IMG/VR virus record: IMGVR_UViG_3300007770_000001
Source of the DNA: a virus
Lineage: Duplodnaviria; Caudoviricetes
DNA: 64,000 nt
Direction: 5' to 3' (one strand)
Position numbers and translations under genes: made by a program. Positions within the stretch are counted from its first letter, which is position 1; every line of letters begins with the position of its first letter. The notes below the pieces were generated by a model, which was not told where the DNA came from, did not search any database, and worked only from the letters and a program-made list of their open reading frames with translations. Of this stretch, positions 1 through 10,171 are shown in pieces.

Positions 1-1
1 C

Positions 2-700
2 ACACCCTATGAGAGTCAGACCAAGAGAGACCGCAAGCGTCTCCTCAACAACCTTCCTGTGGGAACCCGCCGAGTCCGGATTCTCAATGCACAGGGGAAG
101 CAGCAGTACAAGCGGCCTGAGGACGTCGACGTCGATCGGGATATCATCCCTCTGAACAAGAACGGTGTCCCCATTGTGATGCGGAAGAAGCCGGGGGCTC
201 CGGTCAAGACCCGCTCCCAACTCAATCCCCTGTCGTCCCAGATCGGTCAGGTCATGGACGCTCGGGACGAGTGGATCTCCACCAACGATCTCCTGTCCCA
301 GGCTATGGATGACGCCTCGGGAGATCCCTTCCTTGACCTTGTGCTGGTCAACATGATCGCGGAGGCCGTCAACATCGAGTTCGAGCGGGTGGAGCTCCAG
401 CGCCATGGCCAGGGTTCCGATGCTGCGGATCTCTCGACCAAGCGTGCTCGTGTCCTCAAGGCGATCGCTGACCTGGTCCTCAACCGTCGGAAGATCGCGG
501 ACGGGGCTCTGATCGACCTCGACTCTCCGGTCTTCAAGGCGCTGTTCACTCTCCTGCTGGAGACCTTCCGTGAGGCCATGGCCACCGGAGGCTGTCGCTC
601 CGAGCAGATCGAGCAGACCTTCACCCATATGGTGTCCTCCCTGGATGGTGACTCCTGGAAGGGTGAGGCGCGTGCCCGGATGAAGGATGCCTTGAAGTGA
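2..700 (+). CDS. Hypothetical protein, 5'-truncated; possible terminase small subunit
   Basis: Frame of the 59..700 ORF stays open back to position 2 (TPYESQTKRDRKRLLNNLPVGTR...). Its TGA overlaps the terL GTG. The function is inferred from position only. Confidence 0.45.
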   Translation, partial: TPYESQTKRDRKRLLNNLPVGTRRVRILNAQGKQQYKRPEDVDVDRDIIPLNKNGVPIVMRKKPGAPVKTRSQLNPLSSQIGQVMDARDEWISTNDLLSQAMDDASGDPFLDLVLVNMIAEAVNIEFERVELQRHGQGSDAADLSTKRARVLKAIADLVLNRRKIADGALIDLDSPVFKALFTLLLETFREAMATGGCRSEQIEQTFTHMVSSLDGDSWKGEARARMKDALK

Positions 701-2640
701 GCCTCGCTGACCTGGCTGCCGCGGTCGGTAGAAGGTCCTCCGATCAAGAGGTCACCAAGGTCGCGGATATCATCACCTTCGTTGAGTCCCCCTGGGGACT
801 GGGGCTCCGCCTGTATCCTGTCCAGAGGGTCATCCTCAAGGCCCACTATGGGATCGCCCTGGATGACAATCCTCACAACTTCCCTCTCGATGTCCCCATC
901 CCCAAGGACCACCCCGCCTATGACGAGGAGTTGGTCGACGTAGACGGGTTCTACAAGTTCCGCATCCCGATTACGGATTGGCGCCGGGAGAACGAGAAGT
1001 TCTTCACTGAAGCGGGATACCTGGCCTGGCTGTTCAAGCAGGGCCGCTGCAACATCGAGAAGGTGGTTCCGGGCCAGCAGCGCCGAGAGATGGTCCTCTC
1101 GATTGGACGCCGGTCGGGCAAAACCCTCATCACCTCTTGCATCGTCGCATACGAGACCTACAAGCTCCTGCTCAAGCCCAGCGCTCAGGAGTTCTACGGG
1201 GTCTCCCCCTCCAACATCATCCAGCTGATCTCTGTCGCCACGGACAAGGACCAGGCAGGTCTCCTGTACCAGGAAGCCTCCGGCCACTTCCAGAAGTGCA
1301 AGTTCTTCGCCGCCTATGCGGCCAACGCCACCCAGAGCTTCGCTACCTTCCAGACTCCTCATGACATCGACAGGTACGGCACCTACAAGGACAACAACAA
1401 GGCTCGGTTCTCCATCAAGGTCACCTTCAAGTCCTGTGTTGCGAAGGGCCTTCGGGGTGGGAACAATATCCTGGTCGCTCTTGATGAGGCGGCCCACTTC
1501 GGGGAGAAGGGACAGGCTTCGGCAGATGAGGTCTACCAGGCCGTGGAGCCCTCCACCCGAACCTTCTCCCCGAAGACCAAGAGGGACAAGACTCGCGTGG
1601 TCCGGGACCCGAAGACAGGGAAGCCGATGCCCAACGAGGGGCGGATCATCATGATCTCTTCCCCCCTCGGGAAACAGGGTCTCTTCTACAAGTCCTATCG
1701 TGTGGGATTCGGAGACAACCTGGCGGCGCAGAACATGCTCTGTGTCCGAGCACCTACCTGGGAGGTCAATCCCACGGTCCCCGGAGAGACTTTCGTCGGA
1801 TCGTACCTCAAGGACCCGGCTGTCTTCGCAACAGAGTTCGGGGCTGAGTTCACTGATCGAACCCGGGGTTGGGTCGAGAACGCCAAGGATCTGTTGGACT
1901 GTGTGGATCCGGATCTCCGCCCCCGCCGCCGCGCGCCGGCTCGAGTCCCCAACTTCATGGGAATCGATGTCGCGCTTGTCGGTGACTGGTGCTCGTTGGT
2001 AATCGGACACAACACCCCAGACAAGCGCGTCGCGGTGGATTTCTACGAGAGGATCCGCGCTGGAGAGGGGGACTACGTCGGGCTGGATCGCTTGGAGTTC
2101 GAGGACGTCGCTGACTGGATCGCCTACTGGGCAAAGAGGTTCTACATCTACGAGGGGATCTTCGATCAGTGGGCCGGAATCCCCCTGGAACAAGCCCTGA
2201 AGCGCCGGGGGCTGAACCAGCTTCTCTCCGTGACGCACAACCGGAAGCTGTCCAGCCAGATGTACCAGAACCTCAAGAACATGATGCTGGATCGCCGGCT
2301 GGTCCTGTATGACTGGCCCCTCCCTCCCGAGGGCAAGGGACACAGCCCTCTGATCCAAGAGCTCCTGGAGCTCCAGGCAGAGAGGATCTCCAAGTACGTC
2401 ATCAAGGTGTCCGCTCCTAACGAGGATGGGAAGCACGACGATATCTCTGATGCCCTCTCTCGTATGGTTTGGTCCGCAGTCAAGAACGGGGGTCGGGTCA
2501 ATCGGGTGACTGGCGTATCTCGGAACACGAACCCCGGCTCGGGGGTTCGTTTCGGGAGGGCTCCTCGGATGGCTCGAAGAGGGGGCTCCCATGTATCCCG
2601 TCAGCCTCGGATGGCGAAGCTGGGGTACAGGAGGAAGTAA
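697..2640 (+). CDS. terL: Terminase large subunit
   Basis: Walker A VLSIGRRSGKT, Walker B ILVALDEAAH, coupling motif IIMISSP, RNase H-like nuclease motifs FMGIDVA and HDDISDA; upstream of portal. Confidence 0.9.
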   Translation: MSLADLAAAVGRRSSDQEVTKVADIITFVESPWGLGLRLYPVQRVILKAHYGIALDDNPHNFPLDVPIPKDHPAYDEELVDVDGFYKFRIPITDWRRENEKFFTEAGYLAWLFKQGRCNIEKVVPGQQRREMVLSIGRRSGKTLITSCIVAYETYKLLLKPSAQEFYGVSPSNIIQLISVATDKDQAGLLYQEASGHFQKCKFFAAYAANATQSFATFQTPHDIDRYGTYKDNNKARFSIKVTFKSCVAKGLRGGNNILVALDEAAHFGEKGQASADEVYQAVEPSTRTFSPKTKRDKTRVVRDPKTGKPMPNEGRIIMISSPLGKQGLFYKSYRVGFGDNLAAQNMLCVRAPTWEVNPTVPGETFVGSYLKDPAVFATEFGAEFTDRTRGWVENAKDLLDCVDPDLRPRRRAPARVPNFMGIDVALVGDWCSLVIGHNTPDKRVAVDFYERIRAGEGDYVGLDRLEFEDVADWIAYWAKRFYIYEGIFDQWAGIPLEQALKRRGLNQLLSVTHNRKLSSQMYQNLKNMMLDRRLVLYDWPLPPEGKGHSPLIQELLELQAERISKYVIKVSAPNEDGKHDDISDALSRMVWSAVKNGGRVNRVTGVSRNTNPGSGVRFGRAPRMARRGGSHVSRQPRMAKLGYRRK

Positions 2641-2643
2641 TCC

Positions 2644-3174
2644 ATGGGCCAGCATTCCAACATAGACGACACCGGAGATGTGGATATCCTGGTCCGTGGG
2701 GATTCCTTCCCTGTGTACGCAGGGCCAAGTCTCCGAGACTCGGGTTGGCGTGGAGGTCTGTGGGTCCAGTATGTGGACGGAGACCAAGAGTTCACCGTAG
2801 AGGTTAGCGACGGGAACTCCGTGGCCGGCTTCCTTCTGGCTCCTTCCGAGACTCGAGTCCCTCCAGGCTCCGTCCAGAACTGGACGTCTATCCAGCTGCG
2901 AAGGCTTCCCGGAGTTACGACTCTATCGAGCGAAGGCCCTCGAGGCTACTTCAAAATGTTCGAGACTGTGGCTCTCTCAGGAGGCACGCGCTCTGGTTCC
3001 GCCATTACATACACCAGGGGGGAGAGCCTCAAGGTCAGCGAGAACGGCCTCCTCTGCAATGACTCGGATAGCGAGCTTGCCCTTGCGGGAGTTACGGCTC
3101 CTCATGTAGTGGGTATCGTATCCTCGCCCCCGACGCGGAATCAGTCCCGTCTGGGTGCGGACATCAAGTACTGA
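2644..3174 (+). CDS. Virion protein, paralog of the decoration-like gene at 23236
   Basis: FETVA...TYTRGESLKVSENGLL aligns by eye with FETQA...TYTAGMGLMASRNGYL of 23236..23892. Confidence 0.45.
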   Translation: MGQHSNIDDTGDVDILVRGDSFPVYAGPSLRDSGWRGGLWVQYVDGDQEFTVEVSDGNSVAGFLLAPSETRVPPGSVQNWTSIQLRRLPGVTTLSSEGPRGYFKMFETVALSGGTRSGSAITYTRGESLKVSENGLLCNDSDSELALAGVTAPHVVGIVSSPPTRNQSRLGADIKY

Positions 3175-3181
3175 GGGTGTC

Positions 3182-3502
3182 GTGGAAAGGAAGGCCCTAC
3201 AGGATCGGGATGCGCGCGTGGGTTCCCATGTGTTCACCGCTCTTCAAGAGATAGAGTCTGCCATCCGCATCTCTCGCGACCACACCCAAACCCGACAAGC
3301 GCGGAAGGCGCACCGGGATCTTCTTCATATCCGGGACGGCCTGAAGAGAATCTCCTCCGCATCCCCCAACTGGTCCGATCCGGACACTATTCCTGAAGAG
3401 GAATGGTCTCGGAGGGCTCGGGAGAAAAGAGAGCAACGACGGAAAGAGCTCATGGAGAAGAAGCTGAAGCAGGCGACCCAGGCGGAGGCCTCTGATGAGT
3501 AA
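3182..3502 (+). CDS. Hypothetical helical protein
   Basis: GTG at 3182 after GAGGG; stop overlaps the portal start. Confidence 0.55.
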   Translation: MERKALQDRDARVGSHVFTALQEIESAIRISRDHTQTRQARKAHRDLLHIRDGLKRISSASPNWSDPDTIPEEEWSRRAREKREQRRKELMEKKLKQATQAEASDE

Positions 3503-5195
3503 AGACAAACAGGAGGGAGTCCCTGTAGGGAAGGTGAGTAGCGGCGACGGGAAGAAGCGCGCCAAGACAGGGAAGCCTCGGAAGATCATCGTCGGGAGCA
3601 TGCGTTCTCGGTACGCAGCAGTCGGATCCATGGCCAACACGGTCCAGGGATACGGGGGCAACTTCTACAGTCCTGAGCTCTCCACGGACTTCCTCGAGCT
3701 TCCCCAGAGCCTCCACGAGAAGTGGGCCTATTACCGGTTCTTCTATGAGAATGAGCCGTTCGTAGGGCAGGCGCTCAATCTTCATGTTGAGCTCCCCATC
3801 TCCAAGATCCGGATTGGGATCCCCAAGGCCAAGAACCGAGAGATCGCTCTGGCGGCCACCCGGTTCTGCACCAAGTGGGCCCGTCGGGTTCGTCTCGTAG
3901 AGCGCCTCATGTCGATGGTCCACGAGAGGAATCTGATCGGAGAGGCGTTCGTCTGGTTCGAGGATGAGAACCCCGAGATGCCTCAGGAGGTTCGCCATGA
4001 AGCGCGGAGGACCCTGACTACAGAAGGGGAGGCTGTAGAGGAATGGGTCCTCCGTGAGGATGCCGACCAGCGCGCTTCCAAGTGGCTCCGGAAGAACTAC
4101 AAGGGATGGACGGACGTCCGGTGTCTCCCTCCGGAGCAGATCCGCTTCGAGTCCTTCAACTTCACAAGCGAGATGCTGTTCGAGGTCATCCCGGATTCGA
4201 AGACCAAGCGCATCGTGGATCGCGCAAAGCAGGGAGATCCCCAGGCCCAGCGGGTCGTCAAGACGATGTCCGCCGATGTGGTCCGTGCCTGTGTAGAGGG
4301 GCGCAATGTCCCCCTGAACACCGACCCTGATGCTGGCTCCTTCATCTACTATCTGGCCAACAAGCGGTCGGACTACCAGGCGCGCGGGACTTCCATTCTC
4401 CAGCGCTGTATCCGTGCTCTTGTCTACCGGGACAAGCTCCGCCAAGCCCAGACCAGCATCGCCTCTCGCCATATGACCCCCATCCGGATTGTCTGGGGGG
4501 AAGACATGAGCGAGGGGGATGTCGAAGATCTGCGCGAACAGGTCGACATGGCGCTGATGGATCCGGACTACTCCATCATCACCAACTTCCAGGTCAACTG
4601 GGAAGAGATGGGGGCGGACCAGCGTCTGCTGGATCTCAACGGAGAATACGACCTCACCGATCGGCAGCTGTACGCAGGACTCTCGGTTACCGAGGGTCTT
4701 CTCTCGGGGGAGTCCTCCTACTCTGGGGACCGGGCCAACCTCGAGGTCATCAACACTCGGTACATGTTGCTCCGAGAGCAACTCCAAGCCTTCGTTGAGG
4801 ACTTCGTGTTCCGGCCGATGTGTGCTCGGATGGGGTTCATCGAGAAGGACGAAGATGGCGAGGATGTGGTGGTAGTTCCCTCCCTGACCTTCACTCGTCT
4901 GGCTCTCCGCGACAACCGCGACACCTTCGATGCTCTGTACAACCTGTACACCAAGGGCAGCTTGGACGTCGAGACCATCCTTGAGCTCCTGAACCTTGAT
5001 CCTGTCCTGGTCCGCGAGCGGATCGAACGGGATCTCTGGACTGTCAACGATCCGACCTTCAACGAGGTCCTGCGGGGCATCTACGGAGATGCGGGTCGTG
5101 AGCTCGTTGGATCTACGAACATCCTTGAGGTCTTGGCCAAGGCCCTCAAGCTCGAGTACAACCCGCCCTCTGATGACGGCGACGGCCGGTTCTGA
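3495..5195 (+). CDS. Portal protein
   Basis: 566 aa, largely helical, downstream of terL in the head module. Size and synteny are typical; no diagnostic motif is certain. Confidence 0.72.
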   Translation: MSKDKQEGVPVGKVSSGDGKKRAKTGKPRKIIVGSMRSRYAAVGSMANTVQGYGGNFYSPELSTDFLELPQSLHEKWAYYRFFYENEPFVGQALNLHVELPISKIRIGIPKAKNREIALAATRFCTKWARRVRLVERLMSMVHERNLIGEAFVWFEDENPEMPQEVRHEARRTLTTEGEAVEEWVLREDADQRASKWLRKNYKGWTDVRCLPPEQIRFESFNFTSEMLFEVIPDSKTKRIVDRAKQGDPQAQRVVKTMSADVVRACVEGRNVPLNTDPDAGSFIYYLANKRSDYQARGTSILQRCIRALVYRDKLRQAQTSIASRHMTPIRIVWGEDMSEGDVEDLREQVDMALMDPDYSIITNFQVNWEEMGADQRLLDLNGEYDLTDRQLYAGLSVTEGLLSGESSYSGDRANLEVINTRYMLLREQLQAFVEDFVFRPMCARMGFIEKDEDGEDVVVVPSLTFTRLALRDNRDTFDALYNLYTKGSLDVETILELLNLDPVLVRERIERDLWTVNDPTFNEVLRGIYGDAGRELVGSTNILEVLAKALKLEYNPPSDDGDGRF

Positions 5196-5202
5196 CGGTA
5201 CG

Positions 5203-5221
5203 CTGCCTATGCCATAGGCAG
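5203..5221. promoter_or_regulatory. Perfect 8-bp inverted repeat CTGCCTAT-GCC-ATAGGCAG containing the CTAT element
   Basis: Directly read between the portal stop (5195) and ATG 5239. Confidence 0.55.
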
Positions 5222-5238
5222 GGACGGAGGCCTATCTG

Positions 5239-6795
5239 ATGGCACAGTCCCCTCTTCTGGTTGACGCTGTACAGATTGAGCCCGGAGCTTCCGGGACTCG
5301 GCTCATCGAACGGGACACCGCTACAGGGGGTCTGGCGTTCTCTGACGCGGAGATCACCACTGCAGTTCTCCTGTCCCAGCTGGTTGGCTTCCGGGCGATC
5401 ACCGGAGTGTTCGTCGTGGGGCGCGCGGGCTCGGGGGCCCAGTACACTGCGATCCAAGATGCCCTCGACGCAGTGCCGGATTCTTCGAGTGCGGCCGCTC
5501 CTTCTCTGGTTCTGATCACCGCAGGTGTCTACACGGAGAACGTAGTCATCCAGAAGGATGGTGTGGTTCTCCATGGGCTGGGGGGCGCCAAGATCTCCAA
5601 CTCTGGAGATGACGAAACCGTCACGGTATCTGCCTCCCTCGACACCACCCCCCTCAGCGTCGTTCTCCGGGGACTGGAGATCGAGAACGACCAGGATGGC
5701 CGGTCCTGCGTCCGTATCCTGGGGGCAGACACCTTTGCCAGCGGAACCGTCACCTGCAACACAGCACCGCTTGCTGCGGGCGACACTCTGACGATCAACG
5801 GGAATGTCCTCACCGGGATCGCTGGGACTCGCAACTCAGGTTCGAACAACTTCTCCGTTCTCGGGTCAACCACCACCGCTATCGCAGCGGAGATTGCAGC
5901 GGCCATCAACGATACGGCGAACTCCTTCTCCGGAGATGTGTCCGCGAGCGTCGCTTCGAACATCATCACCCTCCAGGCGGTGACTGCTGGATCGGGTGGG
6001 AATGCCATCACTCTGGCGGACTCTACAACGCCCTCTGGCGGCTTCTCCCTCTCCGGCGCTACCCTTTCCGGGGGTTCCTCCGATGGGAGTGTGGTAGTGT
6101 CCCAGGGACTCCTGGTAGAGTCCTGCACGCTGGTGTCCTCGGGGAACTCCGGCTACCAGATCAACGCGGATACTGCCAATCATATCCTGGTCCGCCAAGG
6201 CACCTGGAGAGGCTCTGCTTCGACATCCTCTTGTCGCGCTGCGGACTGCGCTTCCCTCCGGGTGTTCGGTGTCGAGTGGGCGAATGACTTCGCTCTCTCC
6301 TTCGACACGGGGAACGACAACCCGAGCGAGACCCCAACCACCTACGAGGTCCAGACCTGCGGGCGCGTCGGGGATATCGTAGCAACTCTCACCTCTGCAG
6401 GGGCTCTGGACCTGCGGGAGAACCCAGTCGTTGGGAACCTGACTGTTGGGGGCACTCAGGCTGTCTCCGCTGTCTCCTGTGGGTTCGGGGATCTGGACTT
6501 CTCCGATACGGTGGTCGCCACGCTATCTCGGTGTGCCCGGGGTTCTGCTGTCTCATCCAGCGGGTCCCCGACTCTCGATGAGTCTCGGATCCTTGGGTCT
6601 GTCAGCTTCACTTCCTCTACTCAAGAGTCCGTTGTCTTCGACGTAGAGAACTCCGACGCCGACTACACCGTTGTTCTGGAGAGCCCCAGTACTGTCGCTT
6701 TCGGGGTATCCTCCAAGGCGGCAACTGGCTTCGATATCGACGCAGCCTCCGCGATCACAGGAACCGTCAGCTACGTTGTTCAAAGGGATACCTAA
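5239..6795 (+). CDS. Virion appendage/spike-like protein with a pectin-lyase-like beta-helix start motif
   Basis: AQYTAIQDALD...LITAGVYTENVVI motif; rich in G/S/T/A. Confidence 0.55.
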   Translation: MAQSPLLVDAVQIEPGASGTRLIERDTATGGLAFSDAEITTAVLLSQLVGFRAITGVFVVGRAGSGAQYTAIQDALDAVPDSSSAAAPSLVLITAGVYTENVVIQKDGVVLHGLGGAKISNSGDDETVTVSASLDTTPLSVVLRGLEIENDQDGRSCVRILGADTFASGTVTCNTAPLAAGDTLTINGNVLTGIAGTRNSGSNNFSVLGSTTTAIAAEIAAAINDTANSFSGDVSASVASNIITLQAVTAGSGGNAITLADSTTPSGGFSLSGATLSGGSSDGSVVVSQGLLVESCTLVSSGNSGYQINADTANHILVRQGTWRGSASTSSCRAADCASLRVFGVEWANDFALSFDTGNDNPSETPTTYEVQTCGRVGDIVATLTSAGALDLRENPVVGNLTVGGTQAVSAVSCGFGDLDFSDTVVATLSRCARGSAVSSSGSPTLDESRILGSVSFTSSTQESVVFDVENSDADYTVVLESPSTVAFGVSSKAATGFDIDAASAITGTVSYVVQRDT

Positions 6796-7250
6796 TGCCA
6801 CGCTTGCGCAAGATTCTCGCTTCTGAGGGGCTGGAGAGAGCCGCTTCTGATCTCCCCAGCGTGTCCTTGGTCAAATCTCAACTGAAGAGCGCTCTCACGG
6901 GGAAGCGTGTCGGGAAGTTCTACGACACGTTCGTAGTGGATGTGCAGGTGATCTCCGACTACGCTGTGGATGTGGTCATTGGCTTCCGGTGGCGGAACTC
7001 GGATCGGGTGGTAGACTCATCCACTGCCATTTTTGATCTTGTGTCTCCAATCAAGAAGCTGTTTCTCGACTTCGTGGCCTCTCACGACTGGGCAGAAGGG
7101 TTGGGTACTCAAACTTCTCGTGATGGTGTGTACGTCTCGACGCACCGAGATTCCAGAGCCCCCATCTCCCAACCTGAGTATGCTGTCCTGCGGGCTCGGA
7201 TCTTCACTCCTGTCGTCATGAGTCGGACCTTCCCGCATCTTCTCCGGTGA
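6795..7250 (+). CDS. Hypothetical protein
   Basis: TAATG coupling to the upstream gene; fills the gap to 7257. Confidence 0.55.
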   Translation: MPRLRKILASEGLERAASDLPSVSLVKSQLKSALTGKRVGKFYDTFVVDVQVISDYAVDVVIGFRWRNSDRVVDSSTAIFDLVSPIKKLFLDFVASHDWAEGLGTQTSRDGVYVSTHRDSRAPISQPEYAVLRARIFTPVVMSRTFPHLLR

Positions 7251-7256
7251 GCCTCT

Positions 7257-8492
7257 GTGCACTACGAGCTCTCCGATTCCATCAAGCGTCGGATCATCCT
7301 GGAGCTCCGGGAGTTCTGGGCGCAAGACCCCAAGTACAGGGATTCCCTGGTCGGGAACATCCAGGGCCGACACTCATTTGATGAGAGGCCTCAACAGGCG
7401 CTGGTAGTCAAGGGAGCCTCGGCTCTCCCTATCCGATTCTCCGCGGACAACTTCCAGGGGACGGTGGTCTCCTATTGCTCTCTGTTCAAGACGGCGGCCC
7501 AGCCCGGCACCTCTGTGGAATGGGTTCGGGAGGATGTCCGGGCGATCCAGAAGAACGGGGGTGTGTTCCCATCGGAAGCAGGGATCTACTACATAGAGGT
7601 GCGGCGTGAGGAGTACGCCTGGCAAGGAGTGCCGCGCCAGTACCTGGTCTTCTATGTAGACCCCCTCTTGTCGGTCCTGGACGAATCTCCCTCCAAGAGC
7701 GCGGTGGATCCCCGGATCTACACAGTGTCTGCAGGGTCCTTTCATCCAGGATCTCTGGCAGTCTATGAGATGCCTGGGAACCTTCCCCTCACGGATGGGA
7801 TCAACTTCTCCTCGGACCCCATTACAGGGGAAATCACTCTCGTCCGCCCTCTCCCGACCCAGTCCAGCCTGTCCGTCGACTACAGGTATGCTGGGACCAG
7901 CACAGGCCCCTTCCCTGTAGAGGAGAACGGAGCTAACAACTCAGCGATCCCCGGAGTGATCCTGGCCTTCGGCCGACGCGCTCAAGAAGGGGATGTGATG
8001 GCCGTGCGGGTCTCCAACCTCCGGGAACCTTCGGCGCGGGAGTACGGGGGTCGGTTCGAGGTCTCCCTTGATATCGATGTCCTTGCTCGGGATGTCCATG
8101 CCCAGGCAGAGATAGCGGACCGTACCTTCATGTACCTCCAGGCGGAGCTCAGGGACCGCCTCTCCTTCGAGGGCATCGAGATCGATCAGGTCTCCAATTC
8201 AGGAGAGGCGGAGGAATCCTACGACGAGAACGAGGACTCCCTCTACTACACCGCTTCCTTGTCTTTGACCATCATGACCAATTGGTCAATCCGTCTCCCG
8301 CTGGGCCCCGCGTTCACTCGAATCATCGCCAACACAGTGGAGGCTGAGCAAATCGCTTCGGCTCTCGATGACGACCAGCTCATAGACATGGGATCCTCGA
8401 CCGGGTTGGTCATGGCAGAGCAGCTGGGTCTCCAGCCCCTGCAGGATCCTTGGTTCCGGAACCGTTCCCGGAACTACGAGATGATTCGGTAG
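7257..8492 (+). CDS. Probable neck/head-tail completion protein
   Basis: 411 aa in the head module. The C-terminal SLDIDVLARD...AEIADRTFMYL...YYTASLSLTI segment resembles tail-terminator/completion folds. Confidence 0.45.
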   Translation: MHYELSDSIKRRIILELREFWAQDPKYRDSLVGNIQGRHSFDERPQQALVVKGASALPIRFSADNFQGTVVSYCSLFKTAAQPGTSVEWVREDVRAIQKNGGVFPSEAGIYYIEVRREEYAWQGVPRQYLVFYVDPLLSVLDESPSKSAVDPRIYTVSAGSFHPGSLAVYEMPGNLPLTDGINFSSDPITGEITLVRPLPTQSSLSVDYRYAGTSTGPFPVEENGANNSAIPGVILAFGRRAQEGDVMAVRVSNLREPSAREYGGRFEVSLDIDVLARDVHAQAEIADRTFMYLQAELRDRLSFEGIEIDQVSNSGEAEESYDENEDSLYYTASLSLTIMTNWSIRLPLGPAFTRIIANTVEAEQIASALDDDQLIDMGSSTGLVMAEQLGLQPLQDPWFRNRSRNYEMIR

Positions 8493-8529
8493 ATGAACTA
8501 TCCTCCAGGACCTGTCGCAAGGAGCCAAG

Positions 8530-9081
8530 ATGTCTGACCTGTGGGAAAACCTCCTCGCCGGGCACACCGCGTCCAATCATGAGACGACAGTGGATGCCCA
8601 CCTGTCTCGGTCTCAGCTCACCGCTGCGTCCCTGGTAGATCTCACGGAGCGGGGTCGGGCCTCCAATGCTCTCAAGCTCCCGGTCTCGGAGGGCACTCGA
8701 GTCGCCTTCAAGGGAACCTTGGGTGCAGTGCTCTCGATGACGGATCCTCCGGCACGAGGGGACACGGGAGAGGTGGTGGCGGTCCGCTCAGGGAAGACTT
8801 ACATCACCAGTCACGATGGCATGGTCTTCGTGAAGTGGTCCGATGGCAGGTTCCGGCCGACCCACGCTGAGTTCCTCATGATGGCTCCCCAGGGCCGCAC
8901 CGGCTCTCATCGGCTCCGGGTGGCATCCCTGGGCGACCTTTCCGGGTTCCTCAAGACCTCCAGTGGCCGGTTGGTCCAGAAGAGCACTCGAGACCTCTGG
9001 TCTATCCACAAAGATGGGGATGGCGGGGGCTTCGTGGTCGAGCGACTCTTCTCCGGCGATGGCAAGCCCCTCAAGGGATAG
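8530..9081 (+). CDS. Hypothetical protein
   Basis: GGAG RBS, CTAT element 32 nt upstream, phage-like codon usage. Confidence 0.65.
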   Translation: MSDLWENLLAGHTASNHETTVDAHLSRSQLTAASLVDLTERGRASNALKLPVSEGTRVAFKGTLGAVLSMTDPPARGDTGEVVAVRSGKTYITSHDGMVFVKWSDGRFRPTHAEFLMMAPQGRTGSHRLRVASLGDLSGFLKTSSGRLVQKSTRDLWSIHKDGDGGGFVVERLFSGDGKPLKG

Positions 9082-9093
9082 GGATAGAAGAAC

Positions 9094-9795
9094 ATGAAGC
9101 GCATCTCCAGAGAGCAGCTTCCAGGCCTCCTCCAGAAGGCTGCGTCGCTCCCCGCAGGGAACCCCGAACGCCGGGCCATCTTGGCTCGGATCATGCTCGG
9201 CGGTCCCATCGTGTTCCAACGCAAGGACATGCAGCGCATCCTCAAGATGCTTGACAAGTCCCGGGACGAGACGCATCTCCTGGCGTAGGCCCGCCAGATG
9301 GCTCGATCGATCAAGGACTGGAAGAAGGCCCAGCGTTGAGGTCTCGCGGCGGAGAATGAGAATCTCCATGGCGTCGCGAAGATCTTCTTCGACCGAGCAA
9401 AGGAACTCAACCCAGGGGAAGCGGAATCTCCGGTGGTCCCTCTTCGGAATACCCGATACCAGGAAGTACACGTCCTTCCGATGGGCGTCGTGGATCTCAA
9501 GACGGGCAACAACAAGGTCTTCAACTACGTCCGGGAGTGGGGTGGCGAGCCCTCTCAGATGACCGTCGCCGAGAACCTGGACAACAACCGTCGGGTCCTG
9601 ATCAACGGTTGGGGATCTCCTTCTGAGCTGTTGCCTCGGGGGACTCATTTCTTCATGTACCATGACCAGACCCGGAGGGAGATTGGAAGGTTCATCTCCG
9701 TCAGTGTGGTCACCGGGGATATGTCTCTCGATCTCCTGGCGCAGACTGCCCGGAAGGCAGGCAAGAACCGGATGTACGGGTACGTCCTCAAGTAG
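9094..9795 (+). pseudogene. Hypothetical gene interrupted by two in-frame stops (TAG 9286-9288, TGA 9337-9339)
   Basis: ORFs 9094..9288 and 9433..9795 share a frame, and the intervening sequence reads as protein: HLLA*ARQMARSIKDWKKAQR*GLAAENENLHGVAKIFFDRAKEL. Confidence 0.65.
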
Positions 9796-9803
9796 GAAGG
9801 ATC

Positions 9804-10136
9804 ATGGATCTCAAGAAGTTCCTCAAGAAGCACGTCGGTCGCAAACGGATCAAGACCAAGAATCTGCTGGGCAAGGACTACCACTCGGTCAAGGGGAACT
9901 TCTCCTATGAGCTGAAACGGGCCCTCGAGAAGGAGGGGTTCAAGGTGTTCGACTCCCACTTCAGCAGCTCGACCATCTACCGGATGACCGACGGTACGTT
10001 CCACATAGAGCTCTCGTACAGCCCCAGCAACCAGACCACCTCCATCGGCGAGTCCGGGTTGCTTCCTCCGCGGAACCGCGCGGCTCGTCTGAAGCTCATC
10101 CTGGCCTCTGAGGGCTTCGACCTCCCGAAGCGGTAG
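9804..10136 (+). CDS. Hypothetical protein
   Basis: AGGA RBS, normal codon usage. Confidence 0.65.
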   Translation: MDLKKFLKKHVGRKRIKTKNLLGKDYHSVKGNFSYELKRALEKEGFKVFDSHFSSSTIYRMTDGTFHIELSYSPSNQTTSIGESGLLPPRNRAARLKLILASEGFDLPKR

Positions 10137-10171
10137 ACCACCTATCAGGACGCAGATGGACAGGAGTCTCC

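Noticed and set aside
247-2787. Long antisense ORFs (for example 247..2787, 10926..12881, 14279..16225, 33937..36273, 55092..56330)
   Set aside because: They mirror recognisable genes on the opposite strand. High GC3 depletes antisense stops, and they lack RBSs and motifs.
9286-9339. Stop-codon reassignment (TAG or TGA read as sense)
   Set aside because: TAG and TGA end many genes with tight coupling to the next start (698-700, 20387-20389, 49558-49560), and conserved enzymes have no internal stops.
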